Shown piece by piece: positions 16,890-26,097 of a stretch of DNA of 50,787 bases. Positions within the stretch are counted from its first letter, which is position 1; each line of letters begins with the position of its first letter. Location: assembly GCA_025463425.1 (NCBI GenBank), contig JAOBWQ010000068.1:1-50787 (forward strand). The letters run 5' to 3'. The notes beneath the pieces were generated by a model, which searched no databases, was not told where the DNA came from, and saw only the letters and a list, made by a program, of their open reading frames with translations. The DNA comes from Ilumatobacteraceae bacterium (GTDB lineage: Bacteria; Actinomycetota; Acidimicrobiia; Acidimicrobiales; Ilumatobacteraceae). A program made the position numbers and the translations under genes.

Positions 16890-18152
16890 TCAGTCCGCTG
16901 TCAACTCTGCAGCGTCGTCCGCGCTCCATTCGACGACGACCACCGACGCATCGTCCTGCAGCACACCGTGCTGATGTTCGAGCACCTGGTGCACGACGAG
17001 CCGCAGGGTCTCCGGTGCCCGCTGATGCTCGGCCGCACTGTGCTCCAAGATGTCGACGAAGCGTTGGAGACCGAAGAAGTCCCGCTCTGAATCACGCGCC
17101 TCGACGATTCCATCCGTGTAGATGACGACGACGTCTCCGGGCTCCAGCTGCTCTTCGGCTGCGACCACGGTCCTGTTCGGATACCCGAGCAGGATGCGTC
17201 GACCGCCGTCGAGGGACTTGACCACCTTGCCTCCGCGCAGCAGCAACGGGGCGAGATGGCCGGCGTTGACGTAGCGGAAGGTGCCGGTCGTCAGGTCGAG
17301 CTCGGACAAAAATCCGGTTGCGAAGGTGTCTGCACCGAACTCGAGCAGCGTGGTGTCGATGTGTGCTGCAATCGCCGGCAGGTCGGCAGACCGTCGGCGC
17401 CCGTTCCGGTACGCCGCCAGCGCGAGCGCACCGATGACGCTGGAAGTCAGGTCGTGCCCGGTTGCGTCGAACATCGCCACGTGTGCGACACCGTCCTGAA
17501 CCGCATAGTCGAAGACGTCTCCGGCGACTCTCTCGGCTGGTTCGAGCAACCCGGAGATCACCATTCCGGTGCACGCGATCGTCAAGGGTGGCAGCAGTGA
17601 CCAGACCAGCTCGGAGGCCACGCTGCGCTGACCACCCGATCGAGCGCGGTGGAACTTGTCGCCGTACGGGCTCTTGGCTGCGATGAGGTGTCCGACGAGG
17701 TGAGAGAACCAACGGATCTGGTCGCGGATGCGCTCTGAGTCGACGTCGACACCCACCGGAAATCGCAGATCGATCACGCCCAGACGTTCGACGCCGTCGA
17801 GGAGTGGCGCCCACATCCGCGGCTGATCGCCGATGTGTGACTCCACGGTCTGAACCGTTCTGAACGCCCGTCCGGCGAGGGTCGAATCGACGTCCTCGCT
17901 CGGTGGAGTGTCCGCACCGTTGATGTCCAGCGGCACGAGGCACCGTTGTGCGTAATCGATGAGGTACAACCGTGCGGACCATCCCATCCGAGCTGCGGCG
18001 TCATCCACGACGGTCGGCAGGACATCTGGTGGAGCAAGGTGCGTGCCGTCGAGCAGGGAGGTGAGCTGGGCGAGCGCTTCGTCGTCACCCATGTCGTGCA
18101 CTTCGCCAGTGTACGGACGCGCCCGACGCTCGGGCGCCTGGACAACCGTCAC
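16890..18152 (-). CDS. GAF-domain PP2C (SpoIIE-type) serine/threonine phosphatase
   Basis: The N-terminal GAF-like region is followed by PP2C motifs (DVFDY, FDATGHD, VVVIYTDGIVEA, DDASVVVVEW). It starts 8 nt after the multicopper oxidase stop. Confidence 0.88.
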   Translation of the reverse strand: MTVVQAPERRARPYTGEVHDMGDDEALAQLTSLLDGTHLAPPDVLPTVVDDAAARMGWSARLYLIDYAQRCLVPLDINGADTPPSEDVDSTLAGRAFRTVQTVESHIGDQPRMWAPLLDGVERLGVIDLRFPVGVDVDSERIRDQIRWFSHLVGHLIAAKSPYGDKFHRARSGGQRSVASELVWSLLPPLTIACTGMVISGLLEPAERVAGDVFDYAVQDGVAHVAMFDATGHDLTSSVIGALALAAYRNGRRRSADLPAIAAHIDTTLLEFGADTFATGFLSELDLTTGTFRYVNAGHLAPLLLRGGKVVKSLDGGRRILLGYPNRTVVAAEEQLEPGDVVVIYTDGIVEARDSERDFFGLQRFVDILEHSAAEHQRAPETLRLVVHQVLEHQHGVLQDDASVVVVEWSADDAAELTAD

Positions 18153-18159
18153 CTTCTGC

Positions 18160-19500
18160 TCAGCTGACGATCACGGCAGTGACCATGCCGAACATGCCGT
18201 TGGGTCCTTCGGCGTGGTTGAGGATGTGGCAGTGCCAGGCCCACACACCAGGGTCGACGAAGTGGTAGAGCACCGTGTATCGCTCGCCGGGAGCGACGAC
18301 GACCGTGTCCGCCGGCATCGGGTCGATCAGTGGCACACCATCTTTGGCGATGATCCAACCGGTCGGCTGGTGCAGGTGCATCGGGTGGCTCATCAGGCCC
18401 TCGTTGAAGTAGTTGACCTCCATCGTCTGGCCGACCTTCATGGTGTAGGCCTCGGTCGCGGGGAAGCTCTTGCCGTTGAGCGTGAGGCCGATCGTGCCAG
18501 CGTCGTTGAGCACCATGTTGACCAACTTGTCGACCTGGGTGATGCCCTTCGCTGCCAGCACGGCTGGGATCGGCATGTCGCCGATCAAGAACGCTCCGGC
18601 CATGCCGTTCGGCACCTGTGTCTGGGCGTCGTGGTGCGAGTGGTACATCCCGACGGCGGGTTCGAGCGCGGTGAACGCGTATGTGAACGTGGCGCCGGGG
18701 AGGATCGGATCCTGTGTGTAGGGATCGACGCCGTCCATCGCGTTCGGCACTCGTATCCCGTGCAGGTGCAGCGATGTCGACTCGGGTAGCTCGTTGGTGA
18801 GGACGATCTCGACCTTGTCCCCGACGTCGACACGCATCTCGGGGCCGGGCACCATCCCGTTGTACGTCCACGCTTTCACGATCTTGCCGGGCGACACCTC
18901 CCAGTCGACGATCTTCGCGGTCAGATCGAACTCCTTGGTCCCGTCGGCCTTGATGATCGGCTCGAGTGGCGTGCCGCCGAACGTCCCTTTCGGATCGTTG
19001 ACGAACGCGAGCGCGGCGTCGGTCATCGCTTGGTCCATCTGCTGGTACGACATAGTCGTCGGCGTCGCCGCATCGGCCGATCCCGCCGCTGGTGCACCGT
19101 TGACGGCCATGAGCATGCCCTTCATGCCGGAGTCGGCGTGGCCGGGGATGGTGCAGATGAACGTCATGTCGCCCGCCTCGACGTTCTTGAGCGTGATGGT
19201 CTGGCTCTCGCCGGGCTGCAGATCTCGCGTCGCGACATTGCGTTCGACGAAGGTCAGGCTGTGAGCGATCGTGCCGCCGTTGGTCACCCGCACGGTCACG
19301 TCGCCGGGCGGCACCGTGACCATCTCCGGTGTCATCTTGAACTCGGACAGGGTGATGTCGACCACGGCAGCCGTCGATGTCGTCGACAGCGAATGCGCAT
19401 CGCCGGCCGAGTTCGCGATCGCGTAGCTCCCGAACACGAGCGCGATCACGCCGAAGATGAAGGCGCCCACGGACAGGAAGGATCGAGAATCGTTGTTCAT
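18160..19500 (-). CDS. Membrane-anchored multicopper oxidase (two-domain laccase-like) fused to an N-terminal type-1 cupredoxin domain
   Basis: The N-terminal TM anchor is FLSVGAFIFGVIALVF. The plastocyanin-like domain has H..C..H..M ligands (AHSL, FICTIPGHADSGMKGM). The MCO copper motifs are HLHG, YHSHH, HPMHLHQ and HCHILNHAEGPNGM. I chose the ATG at comp(19498..19500); the longest ORF starts at 19617. Confidence 0.85.
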   Translation of the reverse strand: MNNDSRSFLSVGAFIFGVIALVFGSYAIANSAGDAHSLSTTSTAAVVDITLSEFKMTPEMVTVPPGDVTVRVTNGGTIAHSLTFVERNVATRDLQPGESQTITLKNVEAGDMTFICTIPGHADSGMKGMLMAVNGAPAAGSADAATPTTMSYQQMDQAMTDAALAFVNDPKGTFGGTPLEPIIKADGTKEFDLTAKIVDWEVSPGKIVKAWTYNGMVPGPEMRVDVGDKVEIVLTNELPESTSLHLHGIRVPNAMDGVDPYTQDPILPGATFTYAFTALEPAVGMYHSHHDAQTQVPNGMAGAFLIGDMPIPAVLAAKGITQVDKLVNMVLNDAGTIGLTLNGKSFPATEAYTMKVGQTMEVNYFNEGLMSHPMHLHQPTGWIIAKDGVPLIDPMPADTVVVAPGERYTVLYHFVDPGVWAWHCHILNHAEGPNGMFGMVTAVIVS

Positions 19501-19557
19501 GCCGTCAGTGTGAGTCTCGGCCGGGTACCCGATGAGAGGCCGAGGTCCCTGGCGCGT

Positions 19558-19571
19558 GGGACTCAGGACCC
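19558..19571. promoter_or_regulatory. Candidate DosR/DevR-type box GGGACTCAGGACCC in the MCO/ADH divergent region
   Basis: It has the 5-4-5 architecture GGGAC-TCAG-GACCC and matches 13/20 to the Mtb DosR consensus TTSGGGACTWWAGTCCCSAA as I recall it. Further GGTCCC/GGGACC/GGGAG..CTCCC elements lie nearby. Confidence 0.3.
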
Positions 19572-19706
19572 GAGTTGAAGATGACAAAGGTCCCGAGTCG
19601 TCCCTCGACGAGCTCACCGAATGACCTTCGGCCCTATGGGACCTGGTGCGTCGGGCGCACGATCGGGTGGGAGATCGACTCCCGAACTCGAACGAAGAGG
19701 TGACTG

Positions 19707-20750
19707 ATGAAGGCTCTCGTGTATCACGGACCGGGGAAGAAGTCGTGGGACGATGTCGCCGATCCGGTGATCCTGGACGGCACTGACGCGATCGTGCGGG
19801 TCGAGGCGACCACGATCTGCGGAACCGACCTGCACATCCTCAAAGGTGACGTGCCCGCAGTGACCGACGGCAGGATCCTCGGCCACGAAGCGGTCGGCAC
19901 GGTGGTTTCCGTCGGCGACGGCGTTCGTCGCGTCGCTGTCGGCGACCGCGTCTTGGTCTCGTGCATCACCTCGTGTGGCACCTGTCAGTACTGCCGTGAC
20001 GGCCACGCCGGGCAGTGCCTCGGTGGTGGTGGATGGATCCTCGGTCACAAGATCGACGGAACGCAGGCTGAGCTCGTCCGAGTGCCGTTCGCCGATCTCT
20101 CGACGTATCCGATCCCGGCCGGAGTCAGTGACGAGGCCGTGCTGATGCTGGCCGACATCCTCCCGACCGGGTACGAGGTCGGTGTCCTCAACGGTCACGT
20201 ACGTCCCGGCGACGTCGTCGCCGTAGTGGGTGCTGGCCCGATCGGTCTGTCGGCGATCATCGGTTCCAGGCTGTACAGCCCGACCACGGTCATCGCGATC
20301 GATCTCGCCGACAGCCGGCTCGAGGCCGCCAAGTCGTTCGGGGCAGACGTCACCGTCAACAACGCACGCGAGAACCCGGTCGAGGTCGTGATGGCACTGA
20401 CCGGCGGCTTCGGGGCCGACGTCGCGATCGAAGCTGTCGGCACGCCAGCCACGTTCGAGCTCGCCACGAGATTGATCCGTCCCGGCGGGCACGTCGCGAA
20501 CATCGGTGTCCACGGTTCACCGGCCACGTTGCATCTCGAAGACCTGTGGATCCGCAACGTCACGATCACGACCGGACTCGTCGACGCGTCCTCGACGCCG
20601 ACCCTGCTGCGCTTGATCGGCAGCGGCCAGCTCGATGCTGCGCGGCTCGTCACGCACCACTTCGCGCTCGACGAGATGGAGCGCGCCTACGACGTGTTCG
20701 GTGACGCCGCGAACAGCGGCGCGCTGAAGGTGATGATCAGCGCCGGCTGA
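19707..20750 (+). CDS. Zinc-dependent alcohol dehydrogenase (MDR family)
   Basis: It has the catalytic Zn motif GHEAVG, the structural Zn cluster CITSCGTCQYCRDGHAGQC, and the Rossmann motif GAGPIG. Confidence 0.92.
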   Translation: MKALVYHGPGKKSWDDVADPVILDGTDAIVRVEATTICGTDLHILKGDVPAVTDGRILGHEAVGTVVSVGDGVRRVAVGDRVLVSCITSCGTCQYCRDGHAGQCLGGGGWILGHKIDGTQAELVRVPFADLSTYPIPAGVSDEAVLMLADILPTGYEVGVLNGHVRPGDVVAVVGAGPIGLSAIIGSRLYSPTTVIAIDLADSRLEAAKSFGADVTVNNARENPVEVVMALTGGFGADVAIEAVGTPATFELATRLIRPGGHVANIGVHGSPATLHLEDLWIRNVTITTGLVDASSTPTLLRLIGSGQLDAARLVTHHFALDEMERAYDVFGDAANSGALKVMISAG

Positions 20751-20817
20751 GCATCCGGAGGTCAACTGGTGACCATCGGCTCTATTCACGACGCCGCTGC
20801 AGCGGCAACGTGAAGCC

Positions 20818-21672
20818 ATGACCAATCACATCGTCGTCGGCTTCGACAACTCACCGTCCTCCACCGAAGCAGTCGAGTGGGCGGCGCTCGAAGCAGTTGC
20901 TCGGAAGTGCCCGCTGCGGATCGTCGCCTGCTACGACATCCCGATCGCCGCCGGCGCCGGCGCAGCGTGGGTCAGCGGTGAGGCCGTGACCCTGGTCGAA
21001 GATTGCACGTCGGCGGCAGCGGCAGCAGTGATGGCAGCTGTCGCTGCCCGACATCCAGATCTCCGGGTCGACGTCGACGTCCGCCCCGGACCACCGCGGA
21101 CGACATTGATCGACAGCCTCTCGCCGGGCGACCTCCTGGTCGTCGGAACGAGCAGCCACGAGGGTGCTGCGGGGTTCTGGTTGGGCAGCACCTCTCGTTG
21201 GGCCACACGCCACAGCCCGTGCCCCGTCGCCATCGTGCGCGGCGCTGCGTCACGAGGAGCTCCTGATCGCGTGGTCGTCGGTGTGGACAGGTCCGCCGCC
21301 TCAGGTGCGGCCCTGCTGTGGGCGGCCGACGAGGCAGATCTCCACGGTGTCGATCTGCTGATCGTCCACGTGTGGGACGACGCGTACGCCGGCGTCGACA
21401 CACACGCCGAACAAGTGCGAGATCTCACCCGCATCGACGCGGCGACGGTCCTCGACCACGCAACGGAGCTCGCTCGCGAGCGATGCGGGGTGAGTGTCAA
21501 GGACGTGCTCGTCGAAGGTCGAGCCGTCACGGCCCTGTTGGATGCGGTGCGCGACGGCGATCTGCTCGTGCTCGGAGCGCAAGGGCGAGGAGTCGTGGCA
21601 GCCGGACTGCTCGGCTCGACAGTCAACGACGTCGTGGAGCAAGCAGCGGTGCCCGTTGTCGTCGTGCGTTGA
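20818..21672 (+). CDS. Universal stress protein, tandem Usp domains
   Basis: It has two Usp repeats (IVVGFDNSPSS...CPVAIV and VVVGVDRSAAS...VPVVVV) with G-x2-G-x9-GS-type ATP motifs (GTSSHEGAAGFWLGST, GAQGRGVVAAGLLGST). Confidence 0.9.
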   Translation: MTNHIVVGFDNSPSSTEAVEWAALEAVARKCPLRIVACYDIPIAAGAGAAWVSGEAVTLVEDCTSAAAAAVMAAVAARHPDLRVDVDVRPGPPRTTLIDSLSPGDLLVVGTSSHEGAAGFWLGSTSRWATRHSPCPVAIVRGAASRGAPDRVVVGVDRSAASGAALLWAADEADLHGVDLLIVHVWDDAYAGVDTHAEQVRDLTRIDAATVLDHATELARERCGVSVKDVLVEGRAVTALLDAVRDGDLLVLGAQGRGVVAAGLLGSTVNDVVEQAAVPVVVVR

Positions 21673-21766
21673 CGGCGGGGCATGAGATGGACGTCAGCGG
21701 AACACGGTTCGAGCGATGTGTCTCTGGGCCCTAGCGAGCCATCCGCCGATGGGTCAGCCTGAACGT

Positions 21767-22246
21767 ATGGAGCTCGATCTCGACGGCATGAGAACTCTGA
21801 GCCTCGACGAGTGCGCTGAGCTGCTCACGACCACGCGACTCGGAAGGGTGGCGCTCTCCGAGAAGGCGCTGCCGACGATCGTGGCAGAGGCCTACGCCGT
21901 CCGTGGATCCGTGATCACCTTTCTCGCGCCGTGCGGCCTTCTCGCCGCTGCGGCACGACGGGGTGACATCGTCTGCTTCGAGGCCGACTCCGCCGAGGCC
22001 GCGGAGGGTGAGTTCTGGAGTGTCGTCGTCATCGGAAAGCTGCAGCTGCGGCGTACGTCACCGGACTTCGCCGAACAACGACACCTCGACTCGGCCCGCG
22101 ATGTCGTTGCTCTGCCGATGACCGTCGTGACCGGGCACGCGGCTGCGGCAACGATCGTCCACTCAACGACCGAGGGTCGCGACCATGACGGCCTTGATCG
22201 TGTGGAGGCGGTTCTCGGCCTGGTCGAAGACGATCGAGCGCGGTGA
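21767..22246 (+). CDS. Pyridoxamine 5'-phosphate oxidase (PPOX/flavin- or F420-binding split-barrel) family protein
   Basis: [20 protein letters not shown] ... [10 protein letters not shown] ... is the typical Pyridox_ox_2 pattern, and it is a paralog of 38685..39116. The start is uncertain (21716, 21749 or 21767). The 3' end overlaps arcB by 84 nt in convergent orientation. Confidence 0.65.
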   Translation: MELDLDGMRTLSLDECAELLTTTRLGRVALSEKALPTIVAEAYAVRGSVITFLAPCGLLAAAARRGDIVCFEADSAEAAEGEFWSVVVIGKLQLRRTSPDFAEQRHLDSARDVVALPMTVVTGHAAAATIVHSTTEGRDHDGLDRVEAVLGLVEDDRAR

Positions 22247-23164
22247 CTCGAACACCTCGTCGGTCACTTCGAGCTCACTGAGGCCGGTGTGTTCGAAGAG
22301 GGTCTGCGCTGTCGCGGTGTCTCTGTTGTGGAACGCGGGAAGGCAGTGCATGAACGACACGGTCGGGTTCTTCGTCGCCGCGACCGTCGATGCGTTCACC
22401 TGGTAGGGCATGAGCAGCTCGATGCGTTCGTCCCACGTGGCCGCCGGTTCGCCCATCGACACCCACACGTCGGTGTAGAGGAAGTCGACGCCGAGCACGC
22501 CCTCGTCGACGTCGTCGGTGATCGTGATCCGGGCCCCGGTCGTTTCGGCGATCTGACGCGCTTCAGCCTGGAGCCGGTCGTCGGGCCACAACGAGCGCGG
22601 CGCAGCGATCCTGACATCCATCCCGAGCATCGCGCCGGTGACCAGCAGCGACCTGGCGGTGTTGTTGCGGCCGTCACCCAGGTAGCAGTAGGCAATTTCG
22701 TTGGGGTGCTTGTAGCTGTGCTCGTGCATGGTCAGCATGTCGGCGAGCATCTGCGTGGGGTGCCATTCGTCGGTGAGGCCGTTCCACACCGGAACGCCGG
22801 CGAACTCGCCGAGGATCTCGACCGTGGCCTGGGCGAAGCCGCGGTACTCGATGCCGTCGAACATGCGCCCGAGCACCCGCGCGGTGTCCTTGACCGTTTC
22901 CTTCTTGCCGAGTTGTGAGCCGGACGGATCGAGGTACGTGACGTGTGCGCCCTGATCGTGGGCGGCGACTTCGAACGCGCATCTGGTGCGGGTGGACGAC
23001 TTCTCGAAGATCAGCGCGATGTTCCGACCGATGAGGGCCGGCTTCTCGTACCCGCCGGCCTTGGCGGCTTTCAGCGTCGCGGCGAGCGCGATCAGGTGAC
23101 GCAGCTCGTCGGGGGTGAAGTCGAGCTCTTTGAGGAAGTTGCGACCGTGCAGGTTGAGCGGCAC
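22163..23164 (-). CDS. arcB: Ornithine carbamoyltransferase (catabolic context)
   Basis: It has the STRTR, HPTQ and HCLPAFH motifs and a full-length C-terminus ([15 protein letters not shown]). It starts 1 nt after the arcA stop. Confidence 0.95.
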   Translation of the reverse strand: MPLNLHGRNFLKELDFTPDELRHLIALAATLKAAKAGGYEKPALIGRNIALIFEKSSTRTRCAFEVAAHDQGAHVTYLDPSGSQLGKKETVKDTARVLGRMFDGIEYRGFAQATVEILGEFAGVPVWNGLTDEWHPTQMLADMLTMHEHSYKHPNEIAYCYLGDGRNNTARSLLVTGAMLGMDVRIAAPRSLWPDDRLQAEARQIAETTGARITITDDVDEGVLGVDFLYTDVWVSMGEPAATWDERIELLMPYQVNASTVAATKNPTVSFMHCLPAFHNRDTATAQTLFEHTGLSELEVTDEVFESPRSIVFDQAENRLHTIKAVMVATLGR

Positions 23165-23165
23165 G

Positions 23166-24407
23166 TCAGCTCGGATCTCGTTGGATCGGGCAGGTCATGC
23201 ATCGTGGGCCGCCGCGCCCTCGTCCGAGCTCGCTGCCGCTGACGGAGATGACCTCGATGCCGTTGCTGTGCAGCATCCGGTTGGTGGTGACGTTGCGGTC
23301 CCAGCCGATGACGACACCGGGGGAGACGGCGAGGAAGTTGGTGCCGTCGTCCCACTGCTCGCGCTCGGCGGCACGGATGTCTTCGTCGGCGGTGAGGATC
23401 TTGACCTTGTCGATGTCGAGTGCCTCGGCGATCGCTTTCCAGAGGTCGTGGTTGTGGGTGATCGAGTGGCCGTCGTCATCGCGTTGCAGCGTCCACGATC
23501 GCAGGTTGTGGTCCAGGTACGGGTAGACGATGAACGTGTCGTGGTCGACCATGCTCATCACGGTGTCGAGGTGCATGAACGCGTGCGAGTGGGGGAGCTC
23601 GATCGCGATGACGCGTTCGGCGGCGCGATGGGCGAAGAGCTTCGCAGCCAGCATCTCGACAGCCATCGCATTGGTGCGCTCGCCCATGCCGATCAGGACG
23701 GTGCCGTTGCCGATGACGTGGACGTCGCCACCTTCGAGCGTGGCGGGCTGGTGGTCGGTGTCGTCCTCGCCGGCCCAGTATTCGAAGTCTGCCGGGGCGA
23801 AGTGGGGGTGATAGCGGTAGATGGCCCGGCTGTGGAGGGTCTCGCGTTGGCGGGCCGGCTTGGCCATCGTGTTCACGCTGACTCCGTTGTAGATCCAGCA
23901 CGAGTTGTCGCGTTGGAACAGGTGGTTGGGGAGCGGGGCGAGGATCAGGTCGTCGCGACGCATCGAGCTCCAACGGAGGCTGTGCACCTTCGATGGGTGG
24001 AGATCGTGCTTCGTGACGCCGCCGACGAGGTACTCGGCCAGCGTCGTTCCGTCGGCGTCATCGGCGAGCCGACGCAGCGGGTCCACGAGCGAAGGCCCCA
24101 CCATCTCAGGTGTGCAGATCCGGTTGAGCACGTAGTCGCGGGCCTCGGGGATCTCGAGGGTCTCGGCGAGCAGCTCGGCGAAATGATGCACGACCACTCC
24201 CTTGCTCTGGAGGGCTTGCACGAACTCGTTGTGCTCGTCGATGGCGCGGTCGGCCCAGAGGATGTCGTCGAACAGCAGCGACTCGATGTTGTCCGGCGTC
24301 AGTCGCGACAGCTCGAGGCCGGGTCGATGCACGATCGCCTGCCGGAGCTTGCCGACCTCGGAATGCACGCCGAGGGATGGCGAGCCGAGTTGGGTGATTC
24401 GAACCAT
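23166..24407 (-). CDS. arcA: Arginine deiminase
   Basis: [19 protein letters not shown] at the N-terminus and [10 protein letters not shown] at the C-terminus (catalytic Cys) are ADI hallmarks. The start is ATG at comp(24405..24407), preceded by GGAGTCACC. Confidence 0.93.
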   Translation of the reverse strand: MVRITQLGSPSLGVHSEVGKLRQAIVHRPGLELSRLTPDNIESLLFDDILWADRAIDEHNEFVQALQSKGVVVHHFAELLAETLEIPEARDYVLNRICTPEMVGPSLVDPLRRLADDADGTTLAEYLVGGVTKHDLHPSKVHSLRWSSMRRDDLILAPLPNHLFQRDNSCWIYNGVSVNTMAKPARQRETLHSRAIYRYHPHFAPADFEYWAGEDDTDHQPATLEGGDVHVIGNGTVLIGMGERTNAMAVEMLAAKLFAHRAAERVIAIELPHSHAFMHLDTVMSMVDHDTFIVYPYLDHNLRSWTLQRDDDGHSITHNHDLWKAIAEALDIDKVKILTADEDIRAAEREQWDDGTNFLAVSPGVVIGWDRNVTTNRMLHSNGIEVISVSGSELGRGRGGPRCMTCPIQRDPS

Positions 24408-24484
24408 GATGGTGACTCCTCTGTGATGCCTTGCCGCGTGCGGCGCTTCTCTTCCAAGCTCGCCCAGATCTCCGAGGCGCCACA

Positions 24485-24498
24485 GGGTCTGAAGTCCC
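24485..24498. promoter_or_regulatory. Candidate DosR/DevR-type box GGGTCTGAAGTCCC in the arcA/arcD divergent region
   Basis: The 20-mer ACAGGGTCTGAAGTCCCGAA (24482-24501) matches 15/20 to TTSGGGACTWWAGTCCCSAA, and the 3' half AGTCCCGAA is perfect. It lies 78 nt upstream of the arcA ATG. Confidence 0.4.
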
Positions 24499-24610
24499 GA
24501 ATCCACGGGTCACACCCACAAAGGTCATTTGGCACTACGGCGCAGAGGTTCCAGCGCGCACTGTGTTCCAAGAGCGCGCCGTTCGCGCTCGCCTCGGAGG
24601 AGGGTCTGAC

Positions 24611-26044
24611 ATGGCCGCAACGATCGACACGCCCCCAACATCACCACCATCACCAACCGGACCGACGCCACGGATCGAAACCACGCCGGGCAGCGATCCG
24701 GCACGATCGCTCGGCCTCACATCGACGACCGCGATCGTGGTCGGCAGCATCATCGGGACCGGAGTGTTCACGATGCCCGCAGTGATGGCCGGAGCCGGCA
24801 CGAGCTCGATCCTCACACTCGGGGCGATCTCCGTCGGCGCCGTGCTGCTCGGTGTGCTCTTCGGCCAACTGACCCGGCGCGTGCCGCACAACGAGGGCGG
24901 TCTGTACGCCTACGCCAGACACGAGTTCGGAGACTTTGCCGGCTACATGACCGCGTGGTGCTACTGGATCACATGCTGGGCGGGCAACGCGGCGATCGTC
25001 TCGTCGTGGGTGCTATACGTCGAAGACCTGTTCGGCATCAAGAACCCGTCGGCCTGGACCAACCTCGGCATCGCGATGTGCGGCCTCTGGATCCCCGCTG
25101 CGGTCAACCTGATGGGCGTGCGCCAGATGGCGGCCGTGCAACGCATCACGACGATCCTCAAGTTCATGCCGCTGCTGCTCGTCGCAACCCTCGGCTGGTT
25201 CTTCGTGAGCAAGGCGAACTTCGGACCGTTCAATGCATCGGGTGGCAGCCTCTACGACGCCGTCAACCTGGCCGCCGGCGTCGCTCTGTTCTCGTTCATC
25301 GGCGTCGAGTGCGCCGCAGTCGTCGCCGGCAGGGTCAAAGATCCCGGCCGCAACGTGGGTCGGGCATCCGTGTACGGAACCGCGGCGAGCGCTCTGCTCT
25401 ATGTCGCCGTCACGGCGTCGGTGATGGGGCTCGTGCCACACGACAAGCTGGTCGGTAACGGCACACCGTTCGTCGCTGCGTTCGACAGCATGTTCGATGG
25501 TGCGAGCTGGGTCGGCAAGTTGGTGGCGCTCACCGCAGTCGTCTCCGGCCTCGGAGCGCTCAACGGCTGGACGATGGTCACTGCCGAAGTACCACTCGCC
25601 GCAGCACGCGACGGACTCTTCCCGAGCACCTTCGCCCGGATGAGCCATCGCGACGTCCCCTGGTTCGGAATCGTGAGCTCCACCGCGGTCGCGTCGATCC
25701 TCATGGCCTGGAGCTACAGCGGCTCGACCGGGCTCAAAGTGTTCACCTACCTGGTGTACCTGTCGGTCGTGACCGTTGCCATTCCGTACTTCATCTCGGC
25801 GTGCGCACAGTTGTCCTACCTCGTGTCGCGACGTCGCAGGGTCGAAGGCCGGCGACTGGTACGTGATATGACGATCTGCGTCGTCGGCGGCCTCTTCTCG
25901 CTGTGGGTGACCTTCGCGTCCGGTTACCAGTCCGTGTACCAGACGATGCTGTTGATCCTCATCGGCATCCCCATCTACGCCTTCCTCAAGGCCAAGCGCG
26001 AGCGCCAGGGTCAAGTCGAGGAGCCGGTCGATGCGATCGTCTGA
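24611..26044 (+). CDS. arcD: APC-superfamily amino-acid permease, arginine/ornithine antiporter-like
   Basis: It is the internal ATG of ORF 24431..26044. It has about 12 predicted TM helices and the APC N-terminal motif AIVVGSIIGTGVFTMP. It is divergent from arcA-arcB. Substrate assignment rests on context only. Confidence 0.75.
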   Translation: MAATIDTPPTSPPSPTGPTPRIETTPGSDPARSLGLTSTTAIVVGSIIGTGVFTMPAVMAGAGTSSILTLGAISVGAVLLGVLFGQLTRRVPHNEGGLYAYARHEFGDFAGYMTAWCYWITCWAGNAAIVSSWVLYVEDLFGIKNPSAWTNLGIAMCGLWIPAAVNLMGVRQMAAVQRITTILKFMPLLLVATLGWFFVSKANFGPFNASGGSLYDAVNLAAGVALFSFIGVECAAVVAGRVKDPGRNVGRASVYGTAASALLYVAVTASVMGLVPHDKLVGNGTPFVAAFDSMFDGASWVGKLVALTAVVSGLGALNGWTMVTAEVPLAAARDGLFPSTFARMSHRDVPWFGIVSSTAVASILMAWSYSGSTGLKVFTYLVYLSVVTVAIPYFISACAQLSYLVSRRRRVEGRRLVRDMTICVVGGLFSLWVTFASGYQSVYQTMLLILIGIPIYAFLKAKRERQGQVEEPVDAIV

Positions 26045-26097
26045 TCTCGCCCCGGCGCCGACACAGGAAGACCGCGCCGGTCGAGCGCGCAGACACC

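Noticed and set aside
19522-19531. The perfect 10-bp palindrome CGGGTACCCG just upstream of the multicopper oxidase start, considered as a CsoR/copper-responsive operator.
   Set aside because: It is short and GC-rich, so chance is plausible. It lacks the flanking AT-rich arms of known CsoR operators and lies in the 5'-UTR/RBS zone. It is not convincing without comparative data.
24530-24546. TGGCAC-N5-CGCA in the arcA/arcD intergenic region, resembling a sigma-54 -24/-12 promoter.
   Set aside because: The -12 element (TTGC) is missing, and sigma-54 is not expected in high-GC actinobacteria.
26052-26080. The hairpin CCGGCGC-N15-GCGCCGG between the convergent arcD-like and acidic-protein genes, considered as a terminator.
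   Set aside because: It has only a 7-bp stem with a large loop and no U-tract. That is too weak to annotate.
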